Source: Ylistrum balloti
Lineage: Eukaryota
Direction: 5' to 3'
DNA: 64,000 nucleotides
Assembly: GCF_031769215.1 (NCBI RefSeq)
Contig: NW_026782057.1
Span: forward strand, 62,001 to 126,000
In this document: piece by piece, positions 13,758 through 28,500 of the stretch
Position numbering within the stretch: the stretch's first letter is position 1
Layout of the letters: each line of letters opens with the position of its first letter
Notes under the pieces: generated by a model
Database searches by the model: none
Seen by the model: the letters and a program-made list of their open reading frames with translations, nothing else
What the model was told of the DNA's origin: nothing
Translations under genes and position numbers: made by a program

Positions 13758-16700
13758 TGGTGTGGTTCTTTGTATGTGACAGTTGCTTCCAATTGGACAT
13801 GTAGGTCTATAATACTGCAATATCAATTTTTTAAAAAATACATATATCTATATACATATATATATATATGTCTGTTGAAAAGTGACCCTCCAAAACTACT
13901 CGACCTTTGTTTATATATCAGATGATTTGAGTCCGCGTAGATAAAATCAGTATATTTTTCATAAACATTTACCTATGTTTGGACGATAATTTGTTGTTTT
14001 TTTATTTTGAAACGAAACCAAACAGTAGTTGCATGGCCTGATCTCCAAAATTTGAAGGGAAACAAAGTTGCCAAAACATTTTGAGTATCAGTTTGAAGGA
14101 GAAAGTGGATACAGAGTAGGGCTATATATGTGATAAATTATTTATTGAACGGCGTACATATCTCTTTTTTGAAATCCTTCTAGCAGCTTCACGAACGTGA
14201 AGGTAGTGTTTTTATGTTGCTCTCCGTTTCCAAGCGGTCTATCGCAAGCGAGTTAGAATATGACAAATACGTTCCTAATCAATTAGAACACATTTACGAC
14301 TGTACAGTGGGTTACCACGCACCATGATCCATGGGTCATCAGCAAAGCGATTACAAGAATAATACCTCCTAGAAATTACTTTTACCAGTTGTGATTTATC
14401 GAATATATCTTGATTCATTCCGTATCACGTGAACTGATCATGGTGGAGTGAATTCTTATCAATTCAATAACGACAGAAAGTTTTTTGTCGGATTCGGGTT
14501 AGATATCACCAGCAACAGGAAGCGATTGTTTGTACAGGCTCTGCAAGCCCGGAAATAAGAATATTATTTTCAGGTGCGGCTGTTCTTAACTGTATGTAAT
14601 ATTGACGCCATATTAATAGTGAAATCAGATTTCGTGAGAATATACTGTTTATACAGTGGTAAGATGACATGAATCTTGTCAGCAGGTCACCAACTCCTTG
14701 CAACAGCATAAAATAAAACATTGGAACTCGATCTCAGTTTCTTGATTGTGATGAATAACAAGTGTGAGAGGGATTCATGTACGTCAGTCATGCATTTTAT
14801 TGTCGTCTCATACTCATACGAAAAGTTGTTGCCGGTTAGCTTCATCCGGACTTAGGTACAAACTAATAAAATGATATACAATAATGTCCGGATTTCAGTT
14901 ATCTCCCTTTGACCATTTACCCTGTTCTCCATGCCCAGTACACATACTAATATAGAATCACAACATGATGTTATCTACTCTTTCTCTTCCAAATCGATCA
15001 AGTCCTCAGTTGATTCATCAAAAGAATGTTTGACCATGAAAATCCAAAATCAATTACTGCGGGGGACATGTGTGTATTGCTGCAGCTATAATCAGTATGC
15101 TTATTCTTTATACAGTATTAATGGTGTCCTTGGCTAGAACTGATTTTGTCTTCATGATATTTTTTTTATTAATAATGATGTAGCACATCAGATGAGAAGC
15201 TCTATATCCACCAAGCCAGTCGTAAACTATAAAGTTGAAGTAGAATAGATGGAAAGTTCAGCTAATCATAGTAATCGGAAACCTTCGGGACTATCCGTAA
15301 ATGAGAAAGTATTCTCATGAGAGGAAAGTTTTCATTTACGGAAAGTACCGATGTTGTTTTTATTGCTGAGGTACGTTACGTTACGTTGCAAAAATGTGTA
15401 ATGGATGTTGTCAAGCTGATAACAGGATTGTTAAGATTTTACACCTCCGATTTACCAGCAGGTAAAGAATTCCGGAAGGATAAGCGTTATATACGTTCAG
15501 TTCGTGAAATATCGACATCAGTTCTTCCATCAGGCCATCTTCTGTGAACTGACATGTGAAATCTTATTGAGAAATATCCTACAAATGCATGTCTTTGTGA
15601 GACCTAAAGTTCGACGTTATTGATACTGGTTAGTTTGTCTGCTGCTTTCGTTGCAGCATAAATTGCTGTCATTATAAGAACGAGACATTACTGACTTGGA
15701 CTGGTCAAGATTTACATGGTGGATATCGTCCATGGAACAGAAAACGCTTACTCTTTCGGAACACCTTGTCTTATTTATGTCCGCTTTCAGAAATCTCCGT
15801 GTAAATCTTTATTTTGTTCATATTTTATCTAGTTTTATTGAATTTGAGTTTGGATTATGGTTATGTTCTCATATTGGTATTTTCTTTTTTTTTCTTTTTT
15901 TAAAATATTTTTTGCATCCTTGAATGACGGAGGAATTGCTGACAGTATAAGTTACACATTTATGCCTACCCATAGAATCCATATTAGAAAAAGTTTCATC
16001 CAAAGTTGGTGCTTCATCTCTCTATTATGAAATAACAATATTTGAATAGTTGAGAAGCAAACAAATATCGATTCGTCAGTGTTCGTGTTCGATGTTGTCA
16101 GGATGATTACATCAGAATTACTAAATTATTGAAGCGAAATCATGACCGAGGCCTGGTGGAAATACAAATTAATGGATTTTCACCTGCTTCACTTATTCAA
16201 ACCGTAAAAGATAAAACACCCTTTGAAATTCACATGGTCTCTACGACAGAAGATACATTATTTTATAATCCTGAAACAAGCCTTAACCCAGTATATATGT
16301 ACCGTAACGTTATTGATCCTGGCTTCAGTGATATGTTGAAACAATCGTTGAAAACCTACACTCGTATTGTCTGTTTCTATAAATATGGTTGTATATGTAA
16401 ATCCGATTCTACTTCAAGATCCCATTTGATAATCAGGTGTAATAATTCCTCTATATTATCCTTACCCATGCTACGATCTCACCCCTTTACTTACATAGAA
16501 GTGAGAATCATTCAATTACATTGTGTGATGTTAAGTTAGATGTGTGGGAGTATATCTGATGATTATTTAATCCATGCATAACTGGTTCTCTTTTTAAATT
16601 GTGAGATTATTTTCAATCGATGTGGATTCCCGTTTTTTATCTTTCCATATGTATTTTCAACGTTTTGCTGATTTCAAGTTGAAATTGTTCTTATCTCCCC

Positions 16701-17989
16701 TACAATACCTCATATATGTATATGTGTTTCACATAATTTGTTATGCAGGCGAATTCTTTTACATTTTAACGACGTTAATTTTTCAACACAAAAATTTTTT
16801 TAGATGCTTAAAAATGTTGATTTCATCCTCTTTTGTAGGTATTTGTTGCCATTTTGTCGCCAATCGTCGGCATTTCCCGCCATTTATCGGTTCTAAATTA
16901 AATACCACATGGCGCGGGATTTCGTCTGCAGCCGATGAAATAGAACAGGGAAAACAAAAAGAATCGAACCCAGGTTTCAGGCATATTCAACTGTCCCGCC
17001 AACCGAGCCAAAGAAACATGTTCGGTTAATTTTTTTCCACTATGTACCAGCAACAATGACCCGCTCCTTTTATACTATAACAAAAAACAACTTAAGTAGT
17101 GCTACAGTCATTGTCATAGATGCATGCATGAGTGACACAAACCAGTACCATTCGTATTGAAAAGCATTGACTTTGACATCGAATTCCTCAAAGTGCAGAC
17201 TTCAAGCCTACATTTTGGTAATTCCTCTTTATAAAAGAGACGAATTACGAGGCGATTTCTTCTAGCTGTCTTTATCAAAGAAGAAAATTCTTTTTTTTCA
17301 TTTTAAGAAGCGTGTTTTTAGGCGAGTATTTTGAAAACGTTACATATTTCACTATTTTATGTCGAAAAAGGCCTTTTTAACGGTTTTTTGGAGGCGATGT
17401 TTTTGTAAGCCTTTAGTAGACATATGTTGTTAATCAGACCATATTATGCTTTTTTTATCCTAAGTGGGCTGGAACATGTACGTTAATCTATGAAATGTAA
17501 TCCAATAAGATATATACTGAAACTTATTTGTCCTGAAATATGGAATGTTGTTACGAATGAAGCATTCATTTGGTTAGCTATTGTCGGTTTACATTAATAT
17601 TGAGGAACATTTTTGTTTTTATTATTTTTCTTTTTTCGAGTATGTGTGTGGTGTGTGTGGGGGAGTGTCTTGAGGGGTATGGGGATGATTTGCTGTAGGA
17701 GTTCTTCCTGGGCCTCCATAAATCTGATCAACCTTCTTCATCAATAACTATACCGAGTTGGGAATGTTACCAAATTAATATCTTTGTAACAAACCAGGTA
17801 AATTTACATGTTAAATCAGTTAGACTGTAATGGCCTGAAGTCCTTTAAACTGTAAGAGAACTACTGAGCAATAAAAATAACCTGCTGTAATACTGTTGTC
17901 ACAGGAAATCATCGATGTTTGAATATTGCATAGCTTACACGCATGTGGTAATGGTTTGCATGTATTTTATTGTGGCTAGGGGTTGATTC

Positions 17990-19330
17990 TCACCTGAATT
18001 GCGACACTGCTTCTTCGGCGACACAACCCATGCAAATCTTGGCAAACCAAAGTAAGTAATGACACGTTTTCAAATGAGAACAATACAACAACGGAACCAA
18101 CAGGCAAATTAACGAGCATCGAACACGTCCAGCTTCATAGCTCACATAGAATTAGAATATTCTCAATCAGATCACTATGACGACCGTAAAAACGTCCCAG
18201 AATTTTCATCAACCGCCATCTTTTGAAACCCTGTGTTAAGGATGTGCCTGTCAGTTGACGACTTCTTGCACGAAAATCGTGATTATGTGAACAAGGCCTT
18301 AAATATCAAATCAAATGCGACATGTAAACACCACAGGTTGGGAAAGCAGTGCTGTTGCTGTACAGAAATGTGTAGTGTTGGGGGGCTCGGCAATGAGAGG
18401 AGATAACACGTGTCTTCCTATGTTTCCATAGATATTTTATTAACATCAAACATAACATTTGAGTTAACTCCTCTGTACTGTTATCGCATATTTGCATTAT
18501 TCCCAATTATATATGTATCATATGATGGAATATGCACGAAATAATCCTACCTATCGCACAGCATGATGGAAAGCTCTCCATACTGGTTTCATTGTAGGAA
18601 AAGATAGTGATAAGCGAGTGATGTAGAAAAGTCTGTCATGTCCTTGATTTTCGTTTCTGCTGGGTATATATGATGGACGTAATCAATAAATATTTTTGTT
18701 AATCAAAACATGACGTCATCAATGTATATGAGAGTGAAATAAAAGAATTTTGCAAGGTTCTTGTGACATGTTTTGATAAATTCAGCCACTTGTGAAAACC
18801 AGTCACTCAACAGAAGGGCTCAGAATACCAAATAAAGTTCACAACAATATCTTTGTACCGTCGTTCACCTTTCCTGAAAAAGTCAACTTTTAATACAAGA
18901 GAATGAGGGCGTTCTTTCAATTTAGAGGCGTCACGGTGGTATAAAGAGATGAATAAAATGTTCCAATAGAAGAAATGGTTTGGAGAAGAGGGTGTTGAAG
19001 ACTGGTCAAAAGTTCTTTGCAGTTCTTTACAATCCACATACTATTTATTTCACTTTTTTATTAAACAATATCACAATAAGACTGTAACCTAGGTTTGATA
19101 GTTCTGAGAATAGTGGTAAGAAGTCTGGACAAGGTTTTGGTTAAACAGCTAAACGAGCCCGCAACAAAACGCTGTTTTATTGATTCTTGTGACGTTTAAG
19201 AACACAATCTAAACTTGGAGGTCCGTATCTTTATCATTAATAGGCATTCTACTGAAGCGTCATTAGCTCATTTTCTTCTTTAGAAAGATAGCGTAATGCA
19301 TAAAAGGGTTTCACTCGTTATCAAGCAACA
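17990..19330 (-). mobile_element. Mirror copy of the Penelope-like RT remnant in the left arm
   Basis: Reverse complement of ~21221-22530; YIDDV at 18726-18712. Confidence 0.78.
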
Positions 19331-19654
19331 TCAAGACTTTCTCACTATGAACACATTATCTATGTCTTTAAAAAGTTTAGTTGTATAAAAATATCTTTTT
19401 GTGTAAGTATACATTTTATATATTTTTACGCGTATTGTTTTGAAATTTGATTTCGATTGTTATTTCTTCTTTTCTATTTAAAACTTTTCCAAAATTAAAA
19501 GACTTTGCTTTCTTTATTCTGTTGTACAATTTTGGGAATGCATCTTTACAGAAGATTCTGTTTGGTTAGTGCTGTAGATGGTATCGGTTCAGTATTCTCT
19601 TGACACACCTATATACGTCTGTACCTATTATTTGTAAATATTGTTTTTGTTTTG

Positions 19655-19770
19655 TATATATATATATATCTGTGTGTGTGTGTTTGTGAGGGTGTGTGAG
19701 GGTGTGTGAGGGTGTGTGTATGTATGTGTGTGTTTCTGAAGGTGTGTGTGTGTGAGGGTGTGCGTCTGTG
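19655..19770. repeat. Compound (TA)n/(GT)n/(GAGGGTGTGT)n microsatellite in the palindrome spacer
   Basis: Directly visible. Confidence 0.85.
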
Positions 19771-20759
19771 TAACGCGCTTACCTAATCATTCCCACGCGT
19801 TGCTTCCGTTTATAATCGAAAGTACCATTCCACCAGCTTTCAGCATTTGTCAATTTTCGACTTACCATTTTTAAAGTATCAACACATGTATGATATACTA
19901 GTAATACATACATAAATGCTGCTTTAAATAGCAATTAAACTCGTGCTTAGTTAGAGAATGGAATGCCCAAGTTTAATCAGGATTATCGTTAATTTAAGTG
20001 TATCATTTGGTGTTTTACGGTACAAAACTCAAAGGCAAACACTGCAAGAAGCATGGCAATGGTTTATGTTAACGATGAACAAAAGGAAAAACAATTTATT
20101 GATACTGAAATTTGCGGTCCCTAGCTTGTGGCCAAATGTATATGTTTTCTCTTCTCATATCGACTAAGTCAAACTTTCTACACTCTTGAATAGAATTTTC
20201 CGAGGTCATTCATAGAAGTGTCTATTTACATATCGATAATATGTTTTATTTCTGGTCCCTTTCTCCCGCCTAGTTCACATGGGAGGCTAGATATAATCAT
20301 CCCCCCACCCAAATTCTCGTACAAAAATATTATATAGAATTACAAATCATAACATATTATTGTCCCTTAGTACACGCTTTAAATGGACAGAAAACGTTTA
20401 AATTGAAACAAATCTTCAAAGGATTTATAACTTCACAATGCACGCAGTCGATCAATATCTGATGAAGGTAACGTTACGACACAGTGGATGTTGTCTATGT
20501 GTGTGTTTAAGGTAAGATTTATGAGTTCTTTGTTTATTTAGGATATTTTAATTGTAAAATTTGTTAATACATCGATGCATTCTAATGAGTTTGGGTATCC
20601 AGTTTCCTTCCTTTCGAATTTATTAGATGTTATATAAATCAATTATTTAAAAAAAAAATGCTCATATCTGCTTTAACATGTTCAATCTATGTAAAATTCA
20701 ATTCTCATCTCTGTGTCACGAAAACTTCAAGTGGGTTCAGCTAATACTGCTTCTGATGA

Positions 20760-22530
20760 GCTGTGGAAACTAGCTTAGATACTTTATTGAATTGTTGATT
20801 ATGCGTCACATATCAGGCTTTCTAAACCTGTCCATAAAAAGTCTGTTCTCCGAAAGTCGCCAAGTTGTGAAAGTTGAGTTTGAAAGTAAGGGAGTGGATC
20901 ATTAAAATCAGTAATAGTTTACACCAGAAGTCAAGCTAACACTCATCATAGTTTCAAAGCAGATATGTCCTTGTAATTTCCCACAGTTACTCCTAACTCA
21001 TTGAATTCAAACTTTTCATCCACAAACACAGGCTGCAGCAGCAACTGAATGTACATGACTTAAGAACTGCTCCTCCGTCAGCTTGTTTTCACAGGTCAGT
21101 GTTAAATTCACACTTCAATATCTACATAACAGGTATGTTATTGTCTGCAGATTAGGCATCCAATAACGTGATCGTTGTCTGCAGACATTTTCTCATTTCT
21201 TGCATACACAAAGAACTAGACTTGCTTGTTAACGAAGGAAACCCTTTTATACATTACGCTATCTTTCTAAAGAAGAAAATGAGCTAATCTCGCTTCAGTA
21301 GAATGCCTATTAATGATTCTATTCTTAAACGTCACAAGAATCAATAAAACAGCGTTTTGTTGCGGGCTCGTTTAGCTGTTTAACCAAAACCTTGTCCAGA
21401 CTTCTTACCACTATTCTCAGAACTATCAAACCTAGGTTACAGTCTTAATGTGATATTGTTTAATAAAAAAGTGAAATAAATAGTATGTGGATTGTAAAGA
21501 ACTGCAAAGACTTTTGACCAGTCTTCAACACCCTCTTCTCCAAACCATTTCTTCTATTGGAACATTTTATTCATCTCTTTATACCACCGTGACGCCTCTA
21601 AATTGAAAGAACGCCCTCATTCTCTTGTATTAAAAATTGACTTTTTCAAGAAAGGTGAACGACGGTACAAAGATATTGTTGTGAAATTTATTTGGTATTC
21701 TGAGCCCTTCTGTTGAGTGACTGGTTTTCACAAGTGGCTGAATTTATCAAAACATGTCACAAGAACCTTGCAAAATTTTTTTATTTCACTTTCATATATA
21801 TTGATGACGACATGTCTTAATTTAGAAAAAAAATATTGATTACGTCCATCATATATACCCAGCAGAAACGAAAATCAAGGACATGACAGACTTTTCTACA
21901 TCACTCGCTTATCACTATCTTTTCCTACAATGAAACCAGTATGGAGAGCTTTCCACCATGCTGTGCGATAAGTAGGAGGATTTCGTGCATATTCCATCAT
22001 ATGATACATATATAATCGAGAACAATGCAAATATGCGATAACAGTACAGAGGAGTTAACTCAAATGTTCTGTTTGATGTTAATAAAATATCTATGGAAAC
22101 ATAGGAAGACACGTGTTACGTGTTATCTCCTATCATTGCCGAGCACCCCCCTCCCCCTATACAGCAACAGCACTGCTTTCCCAACCTGTGGTGTTTACAT
22201 GTCGCATTTGATTTGATATTTAAGGCCTTGTTCACATTATCACGATTTTCGTGCAAGAAGTCGTCAACTGACAGGCACATCCTTAACACAGGGTTTCAAA
22301 AGATGGCGGTTGATGAAAATTCTGGGACGTTTTTACGGTCGTCATAGTGATCTGATTGAGAATATTCTAATTCTATGTGAGCTATGAAGCTGGACGTGTT
22401 CGATGCTCGTTAATTTGCCTGTTGGTTCCGTTGTTGTATTGTTCTCATTTGATAACGTGTCATTACTTACTTTGGTTTGCCAAGATTTACATGGGTTGTG
22501 TCGCCGAAGAAGCAGTGTCGCAATTCAGGT
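20760..22530 (+). mobile_element. Decayed Penelope-like retroelement RT remnant spanning spacer and right arm
   Basis: Broken-frame motifs ..ASNNVIVVC, HKN.KQRFVAGS..TKTLSRLLTTIL, SMWIVKN, YIDD (21797-21808), HIYPAE, GVYMSHLI and GRFYGRHSDLIE, followed by a 3' tail motif GTGTCGCCGAAGAAGCAG. Confidence 0.78.
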
Positions 22531-25500
22531 GAGAATCAACCCCTAGCCACAATAAAATACATGCAAACCATTACCACATGCGTGTAAGCTATGCAATATT
22601 CAAACATCGATCGATTTCCTGTGACAACAGTATTACAGCAGGTTATTTTTATTGCTCAGTAGTTCTCTTACAGTTTAAAGGACTTCAGGCCATTACAGTC
22701 TAACTGATTTAACATGTAAATTTACCTTGTTTGTTACAAAGATATTGATTTGGTAACATTCCCAACTCGGTATAGTTATTGATGAAGAAGGTTGATCAGA
22801 TTTATGGAGGCCCAGGAAGAACTCCTACAGCAAATCATCCCCATACCCCTCAAGACACTCCCCCACACACACCACACACGTACTCGAAAAAAGAAAAATA
22901 ATAAAAACAAAAATGTTCCTCAATATTAATGTAAACCGACAATAGCTAACCAAATGAATGCTTCATTCGTAACAACATTCCATATTTCAGGACAAATAAG
23001 TTTCAGTATATATCTTATTGGATTACATTTCATAGATTAACGTACATGTTCCAGCCCACTTAGGATCACAAAAGCATAATATGGTCTGATTAACAACATA
23101 TGTCTACTGAAGGCGTTCGAAAGGATCTACGTTGAAAAAAAGAAGACAAATAAGGACACAAGAGAAAAAAACGAGGACGAAAATAAGGACAAAATGAGGA
23201 CGAAGTCAATATTTTTGAACACCTAATACATTTTTCTGTTTGTAAAGTTGCCCTCTTCAACATTCATTTTAAAAAATTTACCTTCGTCAGAAAAAAATTA
23301 ATATTTGAAAATGGGTCTTACAAAAATCGTCAAAACATCGCCTCCAGAAAATCGTTAAAAAGGCCTTTTTCGACATAAAATAGTGAAATATGTAACGTTT
23401 TCAAAACACTCCTCTTAAAATGAAAAAAAAAATTCTTCTTTGATAAAGACAGCTAGAAGAAATTGCTTCGTAATTCGTCTCTTTTATAAAGAGGAATTAC
23501 CAAAATGTAGGCTTGAAGTGTGCATTTTGCGGAATTCGATGTCAAAATCAATGCTTTTCAATACGAATGGTACTGGTTTGTGTCACTTATGCATGCATCT
23601 ATGACAATGACTGTAGCAGTACTTCAGTTGTTTTTTGTTATAGTATAAAAGGAGCGGGTCATTTTCGCTGGTACATAGTGGAGCATAATTAACGGAACAT
23701 GTTTCTTTGGCTCGGTTGGCGGGACAGTTGAATATACCTGAGACCTGGGTTCGATTCTTTTTTGTTTTACCTGTTCTATTTCATCGGCTGCAAACGAAAT
23801 CCTACGCCTTGTGGTATTTAATTTTGAATCGATAAATGGCGGAAAATGCCGACGATTGGCAACAAAATGGCTACAAATAGCTACAAAAGAGGATGAAATC
23901 AACATTTTTAAGCATCTAAAAAATTTTTGTGTTGAAAAATTGCCCTCTTCAAAAATGTCGTTAAAAATGTAAAAGAATTCGCCTGCATAACAAATTATGT
24001 GAAACACATATACATATATGAGGTATTGTAGGGGAGATAAGAACAATTTCAACTTGAAATCAGCAAAACGTTGAAAATACATATGGAAAGATCAAAAACG
24101 GGAATCCACATCGATTGAAAATAATCTCACAATTTAAAAAGAGAACCAGTTATGCATGGATTAAATAATCATCAGATATACTCCCACACATCTAACTTAA
24201 CATCACACAATGTAATTGAATGATTCTCACTTCTATGTAAGTAAAGGGGTGAGATCGTAGCATGGGTAAGGATAATATAGAGGAATTATTACACCTGATT
24301 ATCAAATGGGATCTTGAAGTAGAATCGGATTTACATATACAACCATATTTATAGAAACAGACATTACGAGTGTAGGTTTTCAATGATTGTTTCAACCTAG
24401 ATCTTAATCACTGAAGCCAGGATCAATAACGTTACGGTACATATGTACTGAGTTAAGGCTTGTTTCATGATTATAAAATAATGTATCTTCTATCGTCCTA
24501 TCATCATGACAACATCAAACACGAACACTGAGGAATCGATATTCTCAATTACTCAAATACTGTTACTTCATAATTGAGAGATGAAGCACCAGCTTTGGGT
24601 GAAACTTTTTCTGTTATGGATTATATGGGTAGGCATAAATGTGTAATTTATATTGTCAGCAATTCCTACGTCAATCAGGGATGCAAAAAATATTTAAAAA
24701 AAAAAAAAGAAAAGAAAATACCAATATGAGAACATAACCATAATCCAAGCTCAAATTCAATAAAACTAGATAAAATATGAACAAAATAAAGATTTACACG
24801 GAGATTTCTGAAAGCGGACATAAATAAGACAAGGTGTTCCGAAAGAGTAAGCGTTTTCTGTTTCATGGACGATATCCACCATGTAAATATTGACCAGTCG
24901 AAGTCAGTAACGTCTCGTTCTTTTAATGACAGCAATTTATGCTGCAACGAAACCAGCAGACAAACTAACCAGTATCAATAACGTCGACCTCCAGGTCTCA
25001 CAAAGACATGCATTTGTAGGATATTTCTCAATAAGATTTCACATGTCAGTTCACAGAAGATGGCCGAGTAACGCCTGATGGAAGAACTGATGTCGATATT
25101 TCACGAACTGAACGTATATAACGTTTATCCTTCCGGAATTATTTCTTTACCTGCTGGTAAATCGGAGGTGTAAAATCATAACAATCCTGTTATCAGCGTG
25201 ACAACATCCATTACACATTTTTGCAACGTAACGTAACGTACCTGAGCAATAAAAACAACATCGGTACTTTCCGTAAATGAAAACTTTCCTCGCATGAGAA
25301 TACTTTCTCATTTACGGATAGTCCCGAAGGTTTCCGATTACTATGATTAGCTGAACTTTCCATCGATTCTACTGCAACTTTATAGTTTACGACTGGCTTG
25401 GTGGATATAGGGCTTCTCATCTGATGTGCTACATCATTATTAATGAAATATCATGAAGACGAAAATAGTTCTAGCCAAGAATAGCATTAATACTGTATAA

Positions 25501-28500
25501 AGAATAAGCATACTGATTATAGCTGAACAATCATATATTATACACACATGTCCCGCAGTAATTGATTTTGGATTTTCATGGTCAAACATTCTTTTGTTGA
25601 ATCAACTGAGGAGCTCGATCGATTTCGAAGAGAAAGAGTAGATAACATCAATATACTGAGATCGAGTTCCAATGTTTTATTTTATGCTGTTGCAAAGAGT
25701 TGATAACCTGATGACAAGATTCGTGTCATCTTACCACTGTATAAACAGTATATTCTCACGAAATCTGATTTCACTATTAATGTGACGTCAATATTACATA
25801 CAGTTAAGAACGGCCGCACCTGAAAATAATATTCTTACTTCCGGGCTTGCAGAGCCTGTACAAACAATCGCTTCCTGTCGCTGGTGATATCTAACCCGAA
25901 TCCGACAAAAAACTTTCTGTCGTTATTGAATTGATAAGAATTCACTCCACCATGATCAGTTCACGTGATACGGAATGAATCAAGCTATATTCGATAAATC
26001 ACAACTGGTAAAAGTAAATTCTAGGAGGTATTATTCTTGTAATCGATTTGCTGATGACCCAAGGATCACGGTGCGTGGTAACCTACTTTACAGTCGTAAA
26101 TGTGTTCTAATTGATTAGGAATGTATTTGTCATATTCTAACTCGCTTGCGATAGACCGCTTGGAAACGGAAAGCAACATAAAAACACTACCTTCACGTTC
26201 GTGAAGCTGCTAGAAGGATTTCAAAAAAGAGATATGTACGCCGTTCAATAAATAATTTATCACATATATAGCCCTACTCTGTATCCATTTTCTCCTTACA
26301 ACTGATCCTCAAAATGTTTTGGCAAATTTGTTTCCCTTCAAATTTTGGAGATCAGGCCATGCAACTACTGTTCGGTTTCGTTTCAAAATAAAAAAAAACC
26401 AAATCATCGTCCAAACACAAGTAAATCTACACCGACTCAAATCATCAGATATATCAACAAAGATCGAGTAGTTTTAGAAGGTCACTTTTCAAAAGACATA
26501 TTATATATATATATATATATTTTAAAATTTGATATTTCAGTATTATAGACCTACATGTCCAATTGGAAGCAAACAAGAGTCATTCCGATAACTTTATATT
26601 GCTTTCATTGTGTTACAATAAGTCTCAAGATTTCTGAACATCTAAAAGTGTGCAGTCTAAGATCGATTAAAGTTATACCCAAATTGAATTGTACACACAA
26701 GTGAATATCACCTTTCAATATGATCTATAATTCGATTCAATATAGTAAAACAATTTTATACTTCTTTTTCTATTGTCACCGTTTTATTTTATTAACCAAA
26801 GACACCTATTTGAGCCGAGTGAATGTATCTATTAATAATGAAACATTTCTTTAATGGTTGACCTGACACAGATATGAATATATCGATTCTTGAGCTGATT
26901 CAGCGATTTGTTTCTTGTCGTTGGCTTCTCATTTAAGTAAATGTCTCATTCATGCACTGTTGTGTCAAGACTTTATCTGTTTCTTATCTGTATGGATTCA
27001 TAAGAAGAGGGTGAGTATGTATAAATACTTTGCTTCATTGAAGATCACGTTCCGAACGATTTTTGTTTTAATTATTATATGATATTATTTTCTTGACCTG
27101 ATAGCGGAGGATTCTAATAGTGCCTTCAGTAATAACAAATATATTCATAAGTGTATCAAATATTTTAGTATCACGAGTGAAATTTACAAAAAATATTCAC
27201 TAGTGAAATATATGTGTTATTACTGTAGATACTATTAGATATTCTATTTACTATATTTTAACAAGAAAAATAGCCAAATTACTGGCATGTTCACAACAAA
27301 TATAAAAAATATAAAAAGAGGAAGCTGACTCAGGTTTTTGTGGACACTAATATCTCATTATAACTTCACAGCAGGCGACAAAATATAGTCATAAATATAT
27401 ACGTAAACACATTCATTGTAAATATATTTTCATTTTCACATAGAAAATGGTACTTATTCTTGTCACTAAGAGACAAATTTTGCTGTATAATGTTCAAAGA
27501 AAGTTTAACCTGTGACAAGTTACTATGCAGCTGAAAAATATGGCGGCAACCTACAATTGTCGCTGTTGATGACATAAATCCCCTTGAAATGTCTAAAATG
27601 TTAGCTCCAAATTCAAGTTTTTCGGTTGGAGATTGGATTTGATATCTGATAAGGTAATTTGCGTTGCATAGTTTACTGACTTTCTTTTTGACAAGTAAAA
27701 AAATACACTTTAATCAATAAGATATTTCTCTAAATGTTACTTGGAAAAATCCAATAATGTTTATTTTGTGACAGAAAACATATCTCAAATTTATCTGTAT
27801 AATTTCCGTACCTTTATTCTAATTATTTGATTATTTGAATGATATGTATACTTATTATAGTAGCAAGGAGAAGGCAGTCATTGGTTATGCCGGTTTCTCA
27901 ATTCCTTTTGTTTTTGAAATCGTAACAATAAAATATTCTGAAATCAAAATTAGCTGAACCGCATCATACTGATAGTTACTTCATATATAATTCATCAGTG
28001 ATGCTGAAGCCTTAAACGTGCGCAGACATGAACGGATATTTTCTTAGACTCTCACATAATAGTACTTGTGCTGTATAAGCCATTTTCTTCGTTTGTTTCT
28101 AACCACGGTTGAACTGTAGACCTAAAACATTGTACTTGTAAAAAGATAGAACTACTAAAATGTTATTCGTCAAATTCAGTATTTGGCTAACGTTTTCCTT
28201 TCTAGTGAGTGTCGCTTTCCCCAGCTTTGCTTTATAGAGACATTGATTAAGAGCATCTGTTTTGTTTTTTCTTTCTTACCTACATAGATTCTTATAATGA
28301 AACTAACAAGGAGAGTTATCTTCCATGCTATATCATAAACCTGATGATTTCAATTTCATCTTCAAGCTATGGTGTATACATGTCGAGGTTGATTCGACAT
28401 CGTTCCCAATATCACTATTTTAGTACAAAATGTCGGCATCACATGGTTTTAAGGAATGCTGGTTGATGGAGATTATGGGGAAATTTGACAGTAGTCATAT

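Larger units (their letters stand above)
1..19330. repeat. Left arm of giant inverted segmental duplication (truncated by the window start)
   Basis: Colinear reverse-complement matches: 1 to 35682, 10376 to 29030, 13783 to 26572, ~19315 to ~21237. Confidence 0.95.

Noticed and set aside
16129-16539. 136-aa and 142-aa ORFs (16129-16539, 16601-17029) and their mirrors
   Set aside because: No recognisable motifs, and the frames are disrupted by indels between the otherwise similar arms.
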